A stretch of DNA of 64,000 nt from Octopus sinensis. Taxonomy: Eukaryota. Numbering within the stretch: position 1 is the stretch's first letter; each line of letters opens with the position of its first letter. A model generated the notes under the pieces. The model was not told the origin of the DNA, ran no database searches, and saw only the letters and a list, made by a program, of their open reading frames with translations. Where the stretch lies: NCBI RefSeq assembly GCF_006345805.1, contig NC_043004.1, forward strand, positions 87,110,001 through 87,174,000, read 5' to 3'. This document shows, piece by piece, positions 1 through 12,459 of this stretch. Both the position numbers and the translations under genes were made by a program.

Positions 1-140
1 TCAAAATACTCACTATGTAAGTACATCTCCATAATATATACACTATGTCTGTTACTCAGAATTAAAGGTGACTTGGTTGTATGTAACATGCTTTTGTTAA
101 CTATATTAGGTCTCTATGTAATTTTAAGCAGGCATAGATA

Positions 141-325
141 TCCTCTTGGCCCTTCGCCTAGCAGAATGTACGGGATGTGATGGTTTAAGGAAGATAGGGC
201 CACACCAGTTTTGAGCTGGTCTTTATTTCAACTAAATAGTCAGAAGCATTGTAAAAAATTGTCTTGTTCAAGAACACGTTGTGCTGCCCAGTTAGGAATT
301 GAACCCCTGATCTTGTGATCATGCC
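141..325 (-). mobile_element. Decayed tRNA-headed SINE (family E)
   Basis: Reverse complement gives a B-box-like GGTTCAATTCC followed by GTGTTCTTGAACAAGACA, matching the better copy at 12737-13059. Confidence 0.6.
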
Positions 326-424
326 TAAATAATACACACACATACAGGATAATGTTGAATCATCTGTTTTGTGTGTGTGTGTCATATATATGTGTATATA
401 TATTTATAATGTAGCTTTAGAAAT

Positions 425-577
425 GGTATTAGTATTAGGAAAGGTATCCAGCTGTTGAAACAATGCCAAAGCGGACAGCAGAGTTTGGTGTTGTCTTCTG
501 ACCTGACCATTCCTGTTGAACTATCCAACCCTCTATACAAAACAGCTATTAAATAATGACAACAAAGATGGTGATGT
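425..577 (+). mobile_element. SINE family B (3' part, (GAT)n-type tail)
   Basis: Decayed match to GTTAGGAAGGGCATCCAGCTGTAGAAAC...CCATGCTAGCATGG...GATGATG, seen in many copies in the window. Confidence 0.6.
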
Positions 578-609
578 AACATAGGCTCATTCTAAATATC
601 TTATGCAAT

Positions 610-800
610 TGTTATTTAGCCAAAGACTAACTTTGAAGAGCAGACCTGTAATCAAAGGTATTCCAGCTGGTTGTCTTAAAAAGATTATAAAATAATTTAT
701 CTTTCTTATTTAAGAAGCTTGGGTAGTATTTGAAGGAGATTTGGTTGTTATTTTTAGATGTCAAGTAACTCCAAAGAAGTGCTGTCATCTCTGGTTGTTG
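610..800 (+). repeat. Unclassified dispersed repeat family C
   Basis: GAGCAGACCT..ATCAAAGG.ATTCCAGC...GAGATTTGG..G.TATTT motifs recur at about 3010-3330(-), 10340-10700, 14030-14105(-), 21925-22110, 36520-36705(-), 54520-54700, 57335-57510 and 63640-63790(-). No tRNA head or TIR was recognised. Confidence 0.65.
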
Positions 801-1978
801 GCAGTATTGCTCCAAATGGTGCCTGCAGCTATCATTGATTTACAATGCAAATCTTGCCTTCACTGAATGAAGAGGCAAAGGAAACAAAGTATATATAAAC
901 AATATAGATTTATTTTAAAGTGATTTTTTTTTTCACTTTCAGTAGCTCATGACTTGAAGTAATTCAATAAGTCAATTGTGGAACTTTTATTGCAAAGTAT
1001 GTTGATTGTTAGAAATATGGTAAATGGCACCACTCAGTGGCTTTCAATATTTTGCCAAAATTTGTGTTTGAAGTACTAATTCTTATCTAAAATTAATTCA
1101 GACCTTTAATCATTCCCTTCTCTATTTATGAATTGATACACTTCACCAAAATTTGACTTAAGTACCATGGTCTTTTGATATTGTCTAGTCTCCACTCATA
1201 GAATATGTGTATTGTTCAAGGTTTCTTTGATTTGTTCTATTCATAGGCAAGCAGAAATGAATGCAAAAAAATTTCTTTTCAGATACACAAAGAATTTAAC
1301 ACACCACACATACACACACACAAAAATGCTTTCACCAAATTTTTTTAAATATGTTTCTTACTTACTGAGAAAATAAAACTTTTCCTAAAATATCATGGAG
1401 ACAGTAAATTTAATGTTATATATTTCTAATGTTGAACAGGGGAGATTTTTTTAAACAAGAATAATCCTGGTCTTGATGAATTAGAAGTGTATTTATATTC
1501 CACTCTGTAATTCTTAAAATACCAAAATTTCATTCAGATTTGGGATTTATTTTCAACATGCAGTTTAATTCATCATAGAATTTATTACTCTAAAGTAGCA
1601 TTTATTATACCTTTCTAGCATTCTTGCTATTGTACAATTAGCTGAATAATTGTAGTATATTTCATAATAATGTTAAGTAATAATATTCTATTAATATTGT
1701 TTTCTTTATGCATATTTATTTCTACTTGGCTGTTTAATGATCCCTAAACTGTTTAACTAACAACTTACTATTGTTTTTCATAAAAATTTGAATTATTGAA
1801 CTTCAAAACAATTATATTTTCCTATCCTCCCAAATATGCATTCTTGCACATTTATGTAGTGATTTTTTTCATCACTATTTCAGCTAGGGTGGTGGAGGCA
1901 TATTGATGAAGTTAGAAAATGGCTAAAACTGGTCTGGAGCTGTCTCTCATACTTGCTGGAGAAAATTAAATTAATAGT

Positions 1979-2185
1979 GACACAGGCATGGCTGCATGGC
2001 TAAGAAGTTTGCTTCCTAGCCACATGGTATTGAGTTCAGTCCTACTATGTGTTACCTTGGGCACGTGTCTTCAACAATAGCCTTATGTTGACCAAAGCAT
2101 GTGAGTGGATTTGGTAGATGAAAACAGAAAGAAGCCCATCATATATGTGTGTGTGTGTGTGTCTTTATTTGCATCTCCTTGTCTT
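1979..2185 (+). mobile_element. tRNA-derived SINE family A (5' part)
   Basis: TGGCTGCATGG A-box, GAGTTCAGTCC B-box, CORE-like CCTTGGGCACGTGTCTT and an internal (TG)n; matches the full copy at 47331-47722. Confidence 0.8.
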
Positions 2186-2649
2186 AAATATTTAGAAGGT
2201 CAGCAAAAATCTATTTATTCTTATACTTAGAAATATATTTTGTTAGCAAATTAATTTTTGAGTACAACATTTAGCTTCTTAGTTGTTTCATATGATTTTT
2301 CTTTAAAAAAAAACAAACTTAATTCCTTGTTGGAGTTTATTCCATGATGCATTTTAGTGAATGATGACTGCTAAAGTATCTACAGTGTTTAAGTTTGAAT
2401 TGCGATGAGAGCCTTTGTGTAATTGTCCAAGTTGCCACACAATGGGACTGAATTCAAAACTATGTGGTTAAGAAGCAAACTTCTAAATTATATGGCCTCA
2501 TCTACACCTATTGATTGTGAAAGAAATGTTGAAGCCCCACTGCGAATCCTATTAATTAGGTTCTTTTTCCATCTAATGTTTGAATTTACTGTCAGTTTAC
2601 CAGTTCTGCTGTAACCATAGACTGAATGTTAATTAATGGTTTATTAAAG

Positions 2650-2683
2650 CATCCATCCCATGATGAGGATAATGAGCCTGGAG
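2650..2683 (+). CDS. Candidate small coding exon (HPSHDEDNEPG), unassigned gene
   Basis: TTTATTAAAG| 34 nt open in two frames |GTTAGT. The phase would join the 11842 candidate exon. No homology recognised. Confidence 0.2.
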
Positions 2684-3384
2684 GTTAGTATCGCAATGCA
2701 GTTAAATGAGATCAAACATCTCATTTGCAAAAGATCAATGATACAACAGAGAAATACAGAAGTCAAACACTATCAGACATCAACACACCCAACACTTACA
2801 AAACAATGCAAACTAGTCAAGCTGATTATTATGATTTTATGCACCATTAACTTAACCTGCCAATAATAAAACTCTTGTGCAAAATAATAAACACATGTAA
2901 AATACATTAAAAAGATAGATAACCAATCTTAATTGGAAGAGATGAAAAGTGAAAATATCAGAGAGATGGTCTGTACAAATTTCTGTATACAACAGACAGT
3001 GGTAAAGCTAGAATGTGTGCCACCCAGAGCAGCCATTTGATTTGGTGTCTAGCCCCTACCTGTTATACAGGCTTATTCACTAAGCTAAAAAGTTTCACCC
3101 TCATAAAAGTGCCACCCAAGGTGAATTCCTGTTTTGTCCCTCCTCCCCTGAATACACTACTAACACCTACAAAATATTCAAACCAACAAAGGAGCTTTTA
3201 TATGGTTTCTTGAACTACTAGAAATAGCAATAAAATCTCCCCCAAATCACACCTTACTGTCTTAAAAAGGAAGGACACAGTGGATAGAGTGGTTGATCCT
3301 GATTATAATATATCTGATAAAATGATGAAAATCTTCTATTTACATGGCATTTAAGCTTCTAAAGTGCAAGTAGCTTTAACTCGT

Positions 3385-3745
3385 CGTCATGATCATCATT
3401 TTCATTATTCATTGTCTGTCTTCAGTGCCGGTGTGAGTTGGATGGTTTGACAGGATCCGCCAAGCCATATGACTGTATTTCATTATTTAATGCATGTCTT
3501 CCATGGTGGCATAGGTTGGAGAGTTTGACAGGATCCGACAAGCCAGAGAACTGTGTTGCATCATTTAATGTCTATCATCCATGCTAGCATGGGTTAGATG
3601 GTCTGTGTTGAGTTCCAGTGTCTGTTTTGGCATGGTTTCTCCAGCTTCATGCTGTCCTAATGCCAACCACTCTACAGTGTATACTGGGTGCATTTTTCTT
3701 TTCTTTTTTTTATGCAACTAGCATGAGGTCACCAAGTAACTTGCA
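3385..3745 (-). mobile_element. SINE family B with internal tandem duplications
   Basis: CATCAT tail and CCATGCTAGCATGG palindrome; the GTTTGACAGGATCCG.CAAGCCA segment is repeated. Confidence 0.75.
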
Positions 3746-4754
3746 AAATATTCTTATAAAACGAACAAAGTGAAAGAAATGATATTAATAGTTATAAAGG
3801 AAGCATTTGAAATTATTGATTTCATGCGACTGAAAAATGTTGCCAAAATTTCCTATACAAGTCGTATGCTGTAAAACTCTGTTAAGTAGTTTTGATAAAG
3901 GTCTACTTTTCCAAGCTTGCATGGGTTAGACATATATGACTTATATATACATGTTACAGATATGAACATAGCATATATAAGGGACTAGGGCACTTAATAT
4001 CAGGTTGAATGCAAACAACTGTTCCGATACAATGGTTATAAATTATTTCATGAATTATATCATAATTACATAAAATACTCTTCAAGCCATTCTATGTATC
4101 ATGAAAGAGTTTTCTTCTATAAAATATTATTTTATGTGGACTAGAATTTTGTTTTGATTCCAGAATGCAGCTTTTAAAGGGAATTTTTTTTAAAAATTTG
4201 ATTTGAAATTTTAATAATTACCAGATATCTTGATATTTTTTTTATCTTTTAATTTTCACAAATTGATTTAAAAAAATATCTGTTGACACACACTTACTGA
4301 AATGCTTTAATATTTTTTAAGCAGACCTTTTAAACATTACTCATTCAAAATCCTGTGCAGTGACCATACTGGAGTACTTCCATTGAAAATATTTTAAACC
4401 CACACTAACCTTCATTAACTGGAAGATGTTAAAGCTTGCTTATCTCACAGAATCAAATTTAGCTGGTTCAACTAAACATTTTGAAGTTTGTAACAAACTC
4501 ATGACTGTAATTATACATAATGGGTAAATTAATTATTTATTACAATCTTGTAATTGTTCTATTACATCTGCTGGATCAAATTTACATTTTACATTTATCA
4601 TTAAAATGCAAATGGTAGGTGATTAAATTATGGCATTGGATAATTTTCTTTTCTTTTTTGTTATGTACTGATTTTCCATCTAGTACAATTGACTGGTAAT
4701 AAAATTGATTGGTTTGAAGAAAACTATCCAAGTATAAGAACATCATCTAAAGTT

Positions 4755-5130
4755 TATTATCCATGCTGGCATAGGTTGGCATGGTCCACAAGGCTGCATT
4801 GGGCTCCAATGTCATCTTTAGCATGGTTTCTACAGCTGAATGCTCTTCCTAACACCAACCACTTTACAGTATGTACTGGCAAGGTCACCAGGTAACTTGC
4901 AAGACAAGTCGGGGAATATTGAGAAGGTGGGGACATGGTTATATGCCAGGTGTTGAGAAGTTAGAAAGTATGATAAAAGAACAAGCCCAAGTGTCTTGCT
5001 ATAAAGAAGATGCATTGCTACCCCACATTATATATGAGAGTAACTAGAAAGAAGACAGAGATGGTGATGACCAGATGCCAGAGTATCTCAAGATACAAGA
5101 AGGTGGTGTGAAGGGAGGGTAAAGGATGGT
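4755..5130 (-). mobile_element. SINE family B
   Basis: CCATGCTGGCATAGGTTGG...TTTCTACAGCTGAATGCTCTTCCTAACACCAACC matches the family consensus seen in other copies. Confidence 0.75.
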
Positions 5131-5530
5131 TTAAAGTAGACGTAGAGGTGAACGTTATGTAATTGTTTATGTAATTTCATGCGAAAATCTCAATAGAATT
5201 ATTCAGTTCATAAGAAAAAAGAAACAATAGCAATAAAAAGAATGTAGAAGTAGTGAAAGGCTTTTGTTATTATGTTGAAATACATTTTATTGGAGGTAAG
5301 CAAAATATCTACTACGATTAAGTCACATGGTCGACTGGTTTTTGCACTCAAGTGTGGGGGAGAACGAAGCATTTTTTTGAAGCCGCAGGAAACACTACAC
5401 CTACAGGTTTTGTATTATTTTCTTAAAAGTTGCTTCATTTCTGTTACTGTCACATACAGTTGTCCATTGAAACGGGTCAGATGTGAATATCGGAGTTGTT
5501 CTTTCATTCATACTTTTCAATTCAAGTGAG
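5130..5530 (+). promoter_or_regulatory. CpG-enriched promoter-like patch with possible first exon (ATG 5272, MLKYILLE, donor GAG|GTAAGC at 5295/5296)
   Basis: About nine CpGs in 400 bp against a CpG-poor background, two TTATGTAA motifs and a strong donor. Inference only. Confidence 0.3.
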
Positions 5531-5703
5531 CAATGTACTAAATTTTCTACTTTCTTCTATTAGTTAACATGTTAATAATTAGATTAAACAAACATTTGTA
5601 AGTTAGAACATAATGAGAGAGTGAGATATTTGCTTTGACTGTAGTGAAGGAGTTGATAAGTACTGCATTTCTAGAAGTTGTCTATAAATTCTACACTATT
5701 TGT

Positions 5704-5740
<37 letters not shown>

Positions 5741-6489
5741 CTCTGTGTGTGTGTGTGAAGGATATGAACTTTGTGTGTATGTTTTGTAAGTAATGTTCAG
5801 TACAAATGTTATATGTCAATGTATGAGTGCCTATGACATTATCAACACACACTTATATACTAGGATTACTAGTATACACATGTACTAACATATTTACATA
5901 TATTATCTTAATTACTAATAGTTTCATGCTGTTATTAGTTTGAATTTTGGTAATCTCTGAATAGCAAGTGTACTGTAATTTATTAGTAACTTAGGTGGTA
6001 CTCGCTGAGTAATGTTTAGCTTTCGGTTTTTTTTTCCATGCTATATTAGTTGTACAAGTTATGGGTCAACTTGATCTTAAGAATTGATAGAATAATTACT
6101 AAATAATACACCAGGATAAGTTGTCAAATTGATACGAAGTAAGAATAATGGTTCCCCTACTTTCCGGGTAGCAGTCGAGTAATATTATTTACTAAGTGGT
6201 CTGAAATAAATGGATGTATATTTTGAAGTTAAACACCCACCCATCAGTAGTAACCTATTCCGGTGGAGGGGGGGGAGACATAGTACTAGGAATGTAAAAC
6301 ACTTACTAATTATCTTGCTTCAAAATGAAATTGTCTTGTTTGTTTTTATCACCACCACTAATAGTAGTAGTACTAAAACTAGCAGTAGTAGTGACAATTT
6401 CCACCACCGCCACTGTTACTACAATTATTGTTGAATAACTTCCTACAGTAAAATCATTTCTAGTGGACAACCATGGGAAACTCTGTGAG

Positions 6490-6800
6490 TAAATAGTTTT
6501 CTTTTATGCAGTGTCATTACCCTTCCAATCAATCATTTGTTTAACCCCATGTCTTTCTTTTCTCTCCAGACCCACCATCCATTTATTTTCTTCAGATAAT
6601 TTTTTTTGTTTTTTAATGTCCAGAACTTTGGTTATGTTTTGTAGTGGCCCATGTAATATTTCTGAATTAGTTTCAGTAGAAATGCCCTTAATTTGGCTTT
6701 ATCCTTCTCCTGTCTTTCATTTCTGAATGCAATGGTTCACTACAGTATGTTGCAAACTTCTTGTCTAACTGTTTTTCTCCCCTCTTTCACCTTCCTATGT
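6490..6800 (-). mobile_element. Highly decayed RTE-like LINE 3' region
   Basis: Minus-strand peptide EKDKAKLRAFLLKLIQKYYM resembles the post-RT K.DE.RL.AFEM...RR segment of RTE elements. Confidence 0.4.
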
Positions 6801-7195
6801 TAAAGAATCATCACTTCCTTTACTTCATTGAAAAATGAATGATTACATTATATTTTAAACATCAGAAAAATTTACCCATGCTAGCATGGAAAACGGATGT
6901 TAAACGATGATGATGAAATCCAGATAAAATCTTTCAACCAATAGCATTTTATGTATTTTTTATAGCCAGTCTTTGGTCAGTGTATTATACCTGACTAAAT
7001 TACTCAACCATGTCAGTTTTCTGTTACCTGGATCTGCCTGACTCTTATATTATCTTACTTAGTTATAGATTTATTTATTTATTGTATCTATGTTTTCTTC
7101 CTGGTTTTGTTATTAGTGATGTGACAAAAGGCATTGTTGCCAAAATTCCCTTCACAAGTTCAGCGAAACTGTTAACTTATTTTATTTACAAATAT

Positions 7196-7405
7196 GGTTT
7201 CATATTTTGGCCAGTAATTTGTTGGAGGGGTAAGTCAGGTATTACATTGACTTCAATACTCAACTGTTACTTATTTTATCAACCCTAAGAGGATGAAAGG
7301 CAAAGTCAACTTCAGTAGAATTTGAACATGAAATGTAAAGAACCAGAAGGAATGCCGCTAAGTATTTTGCCTGATGAGCCAACAGTTCTGCCGGTTCACC
7401 GCCTT
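7196..7405 (-). mobile_element. tRNA-derived SINE family D
   Basis: Reverse complement matches the young copy at 12231-12459 (TTCTGAGTTCAAATTCC...GACTTTGCCTTTCATCC). Confidence 0.8.
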
Positions 7406-7751
7406 ACTTTATTTACACATATAGTGTTCTTTGGGGTGGGTGGGAATATCATGTCATGAAGAGTAGAATTTTTGCTTCCATTCTTAGAGAATTGTTTCTT
7501 TCATTCAAAACATGTTTTAAAGCCAAAATGTCAGTAAATGGACAGCAAACAATTATATATAAAAACTATCATAAGATAGGAATTCTCCATAAATGTAAAG
7601 ATGTAAACTTTCAATTTTTGTGGGAATACTTGTCTTCAAATTCATGTCTTCAAATTCATTCAAAATCATTTTAGCCTTTTATGGATAAACAACATTCATA
7701 GAGAAACCACTGTTTGGTATGGCATTTAAATACATCAATATAGACACAGTA

Positions 7752-7945
7752 AGGTAACAAGATGGCATAATCGTTAGCACGCCAAGCAAATTGCTTAGCG
7801 GCATTTCGGTCTTTATGTTCTAAGTTCAAATTCTGTTGAGACCAGCTTTGCCTTTCATCTTTTCAGGGTTGAGCACTAGGGTTAATGTAATTGGCTTATT
7901 GCTTCCTTGGAACTTACTGACCTTGTGCCAAAATTTGAAACCAAT
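7752..7945 (+). mobile_element. tRNA-derived SINE family D
   Basis: TGGCATAATCGTTAGCACGCC...GTTCAAATTC...CTTTGCCTTTCATC...TTGTGCCAAAATTTGAAACC. Confidence 0.8.
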
Positions 7946-8827
7946 ATAGTTAGAGAGAGAGAGAGAGATCAGTTAGAAGGGTATTCCAATATATAAGACA
8001 TAAGAAGACTTTAATTAGAAACTGTAATACAAATTCCATAAAAACAGTTATCAATCATTAGTAGTTTTAAATGTTATTCCCTGATTGATATTGAAGGTTT
8101 TTTTTTCATATGTCTTTGTCAATCTCATTACTATGTCTATTAAATATTTAAAACAGACTTCTGCATTCTAGATGTGTAACTTACTGATTGATTTGTTTTT
8201 ATGTAATTATATCAATTAAAACTGCACAGGCCTAATCTGGTGCTAATTAAGGTATGAATAAGATTTCACTTGGAGAATAGAATATTCTCAATGCTAGAGA
8301 TTTTCCTGTGATAACAATAACAATTACAACTTTTATTGATATTGCCAATCTAAATGAATAAATTATAAAATACTCTGCACACCTAACACAATACAGAATA
8401 TTATCAGATTTAATAAAAGTAACTCAGACATCCATGTGTTGTGAAAGTTTATAAAGAATTTACAATTCAGCTTTTGAGAATAAAAATGAAATAAAAAAAA
8501 GAGAAGGGAAAATTGAGAAGCTAGTGTAACCATACAAAGAGCAAGTAATTTGAAATATATATTTCAAAATATGCATATATATATTATATAACAGCATTAT
8601 GACATTCCTCTTACATAGTCTAAAGAATAAGACCTGATATATATCTACAAATATGGTGTAGTGTAATTAGCTCCTTGAGGAAAGAGGAAATCATCCCAAA
8701 ACCAAATCGTATAATAGTTATTCAATGGAATATCATGGATAAGAAATTTTATATCATGTCTGTCATCAATAACAGTCTTTGTCATTTCAGAATCTGGTAC
8801 TTATTAAAATGCAAATTAAAAATTACA

Positions 8828-9478
8828 TAGGTGCAAGCATGGCTGTATTGTTAAGTTTGCTTACAGTTTTGGTTTAATCCCATTGCATAACACCTTGGGC
8901 TGGTGCCCCAAACAAACCAAAGCCTTGTGAATCGATTTGATAGACAGAAACTGATAGAAGCCTGTCATATATAAATATGTGGAGTGAGGGATGTGAGTGT
9001 GGGAGTTATGTATGAAGGGTGCTGAAAAGTTCATAGCTTTGGGTAAAAGAAAACACAGGAGAATCAGTTAATTGATTTTATTCAACATATATTCCCCTCT
9101 CAGACTCACACACTTATTGCAGTGGTCCTGCAGTTTTTCTAAGCACTATAAAAGAACTCAGAAGGTTGGACCTCCAACCAGGCCTTTTGTGATACCCTTA
9201 AAACCAGGAACTTTTCAACACTCCCTCATATGTGCTTGTATCTTCTTATCTTGACATCACATGATAGTTGTAAAGGAGTATCATTGTCATACAAGCAGTC
9301 TCATCCCTTTTCAATTTTCCATGAAAACATGTCTAGCCAAGCATAAAATATTACTTTGCCTGGAAATGGTTGAGGAGTGGTGACAGGAAGGGCATCCAGC
9401 TGTAAAAATATCTGCGTCAATGAAGTGGATCTGACCCATGCAAGCATGGAAAAGTAGACATCAAAATGATGGTGATGA
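8828..9478 (+). mobile_element. SINE with A-type head and (GAT)n tail, interrupted by a MITE
   Basis: Head at 8828-9000; the tail segment (CTTGACATCACATG...GGGCATCCAGCTG...CCATGCAAGCATGG...GATGATA) resumes after 9230. Confidence 0.7.
9013..9228. mobile_element. Tc1/mariner-type MITE
   Basis: TIRs TGAAGGGTGCTGAAAAGTTC / GAACTTTTCAACACTCCCTCA, with TA at 9011-9012 and 9229-9230. Confidence 0.8.
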
Positions 9479-9799
9479 TATATTTAGCTGCTTTAACACT
9501 ATATTTTCCATAAAGTTACCAACAAAGACTAAATTAAAATCAAACTTAATAGGTAACTGAAAAAAGACATTATGATCAAAAAGTATTTTTATAATAAATC
9601 CTCTGACTGTTAACATATTTTTGATACATTAATTAAAGCCATCTAAACTTCAATAATCTTTTAAACCTTTTTTTCCTGAGCCCAACTCAATTTTCCAAAA
9701 CAACTTATGCTCCATTGTGATCAAACATATATATATAGCCTGGTGCCCCAGTGCTTTTTGTTTTCAAACCTGGTATTTATTCTGTTGGTCACTTTGCTG

Positions 9800-10085
9800 G
9801 CTGAAATGTTAAGTTACAATGATGTAAACAAACCAACACCAGTTATGGTGATGGGAGGAACCAAAAACATACATAAAGTTACACACACACAGGATGGATT
9901 TCTTTCAGTTTCCATTCACTCACAGGGCTTTGGTCTGTCCAGGGTCATAATAGGAGGCATTTGCCCAAGGTGCCATGCAGTGAGACTGAACCTGAAACTA
10001 TATGGTTGGGAAGTAAGCTTCTTACCACAGAGCCACACCTGTACTTATCCATACCTATGCACACACACACACACACACACAAAGT
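9800..10085 (-). mobile_element. SINE family A
   Basis: Reverse complement of the family A head (CTTACCACAGAGCCACACCTG) plus an internal (CA)n. Confidence 0.75.
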
Positions 10086-11841
10086 TTTAATTAAAACATT
10101 TCTAGTTTTATTCACTTGCTACTTACTTTCATCCTATAACACATAACCCCACCAAAATTTTGCTGCACCTCACCTTAAGAAACACTGTTTTGACCAAAAA
10201 ATTTCTCAAACATTATTTAACAGGGTTTTCTTTTTGTACTAGAGAAACTATTCCTTCCAGAACAATGGTTGCTAAGGTTATATTTAACTATAAAGAATTT
10301 ATTGATTTTGTTAATTTATTCAAGATTGTTTAGAATTCTGAGATTTAAAATAATGATGTTGTTTGGTCCTATATCAACCCACTCCCTTGATCTAGCAGAC
10401 TTACGACCAAAAGAATTCCAGTCATGGCTCTCCCTATTTTTAGGAGTATATCAGACTTTATTATCTAATTTGTCTTTTCTTTCTCAGTGCAGTAGGTGCA
10501 TGTGATTTGAGGGAACTTTGGCTGCTATTGTAGAGGCTTTGTCATTAGCTCACACAACCACAGTTATTTTTTAGGTGTAGGTCAGCTCAATTGCTCAGAT
10601 CTCTGATCAAAACTGTTCCAGTTGTAATCATTCCATATTCAGTATTATCAAGATATGTTTCTTTCCTTTTTTGAGAAAGTAAGCTTGAGGCTATTTGGCT
10701 ACTATGTTTAATTACCCAAACTACCATGTATATGTTGTAGGTTTTAAAATATTAGCTTCTTTCCGTTATCTAGCCTTACTTATTACATATTATAATTAGC
10801 TTGTGCTTGTTTTTTATGTGTTCCACTGCTTTATACAGTAATTAGTTATTTACATAATCAAGTTTGTGGTTGATACAATTTTAAAATATAATTTTTATTG
10901 AAGTAAATTAAATTTTAGAAACCATTTAAATGTAATGGAATTTTGTAAATAAATAAATAAATAATAATAAAAAGACTTCCTATCCATAGACTGATTTGTG
11001 TTCTACATATAACAGCATATAATGATCATGAGAGATATTTAATCTTATTTGACTTGTTTGTTAGTAACCAGATCTAACCTCACAGCAAATTGCATCCCCT
11101 TGAGGGAGTGCTAGCACTACATATTTTAAGCCTCCTATATTGAAAAACAGCATAAACTGATGAAAAGTCATGGATAAAAAGTGTACAGAACAACAAAGTT
11201 CAAACACATCCAACATGCCATATTTAAAGGTTGAATACTATAGCCTATAGTATATCGACTCTCAACTGTGTTAGTAATAAAAGTTTTTTTTTGTTGTTTT
11301 TGGTAGTTATTTCTCCAACCAATAACATAATCAAGAGCTTGAACCTATCTGTTAAGTTGATGGGTCACATCGAGTGTTTAATTGATTACTCTCGAGCCAT
11401 AGGTCAAATTAAATCTTTGCTATAGGGAATCTCAAATTTGTGGAGTAATGAAGAAAATTTATAATTTAATAATGGTCAACTTGTAACGCAAACACAAACT
11501 TTGTATGAGTGGATATTATGATAGCCTTGAAATAATACAATAATTGCCTGCAAATTATAAAAATTAATTGCTGCTTTGTATAGAATGTTTGATGTTAATT
11601 GGTGTGATAACTAATTATTTTCATTTTTATTAAATTGCTGCATTTTTTGATAAATTTCCCCTGTAAATACAAAATGATTTTCCTAATATTGAAAATTATT
11701 CAAAATTCAATTTTTCAATTTATAATTATAATGCTTTATTGTCCATTATTTGTTACTTATGTTAGTCAAGAATTTACCCCATTCTAAAACACAGTCACCC
11801 ATCATATCTAGAACACTCTTTGTATTTTGTGTGTTAATTAG

Positions 11842-11885
11842 GTCATTTGTGTCATCAGATAACAGATGTTGACCTACTTTATTGT
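11842..11885 (+). CDS. Candidate coding exon ((G)HLCHQITDVDLLYC), possibly followed by 12001-12064 (NSFIPLNCEAVGTTILSYIVQ)
   Basis: TTAATTAG| 44 nt |GTAAGG, then a 115-nt intron-like gap ending TTTTCATAACTCAG. The frames join in phase. No homology recognised. Confidence 0.3.
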
Positions 11886-12230
11886 GTAAGGGAATGTGTA
11901 AATTTATGTTCTTCCATTTTGTTAAAAGTATTACTGTTACTACTTTAAAGTTTAGTTTGGTTTGCTGCTTCTTGTTGTAGTATGTATTTTCATAACTCAG
12001 AACTCTTTTATACCACTCAACTGTGAAGCAGTTGGAACAACTATTTTAAGCTATATAGTGCAAAGTAAACTAATGGACCTTGTTTTGAGCACACAATACA
12101 ATGTAGCAAGTTTTACCATATAGCCCACACTAACCTCACAGCTTCAATTTCTGTACTGATTATCTGCAAAACAGAAGTGGGGGAACTTTTTATTTTTTTT
12201 TATACCAGAGGTAACTTGCAAGTATATTGA

Positions 12231-12459
12231 AGGCGGCGAGCTGGCTGAAACGTTAACACGTCGGGCAAAATGCTTAGCGGTATTTCGTCTGTTGTTACGT
12301 TCTGAGTTCAAATTCCACCAAGGTTGACTTTGCCTGTCATCCTTTCGGGGTCGATAAATAAAGTACCAGTTCTCACTGGGGTCGATGTAATCGATTTAAT
12401 CCCTTTGTCTGTCCTTGTTTGTCCCCTCTATATTTAGCCCCTTGTGGGCAGTAAAGAAA
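12231..12459 (+). mobile_element. Young tRNA-derived SINE family D
   Basis: AGGCGGCGAGCTGGCTGAAACGTTAAC head and GAGTTCAAATTCC B-box; CpGs are retained. Confidence 0.9.

Noticed and set aside
943-996. In-frame TGA in LMT*SNSISQLWNFYCK, considered as selenocysteine
   Set aside because: No redox motif, no SECIS seen and no selenoprotein similarity. It could equally be a terminal exon (AHDLK*) or noise.
1440-1910. Candidate exons EIFLNKNNPGLDELE and LGWWRHIDE
   Set aside because: The donors are weak and no homology is recognised; not supportable.
6490-6745. Exon-like segments on both strands (NSEILHGPLQ...IDWK on minus; strong acceptor at 6622 on plus)
   Set aside because: In-frame stops are present and the segment is better explained as a decayed RTE relic.
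11235-11253. Short perfect inverted repeats (ATACTATAG-C-CTATAGTAT; also about 51588, 52360 and 52715)
   Set aside because: 8-9 bp AT-rich stems are expected by chance in 64 kb.
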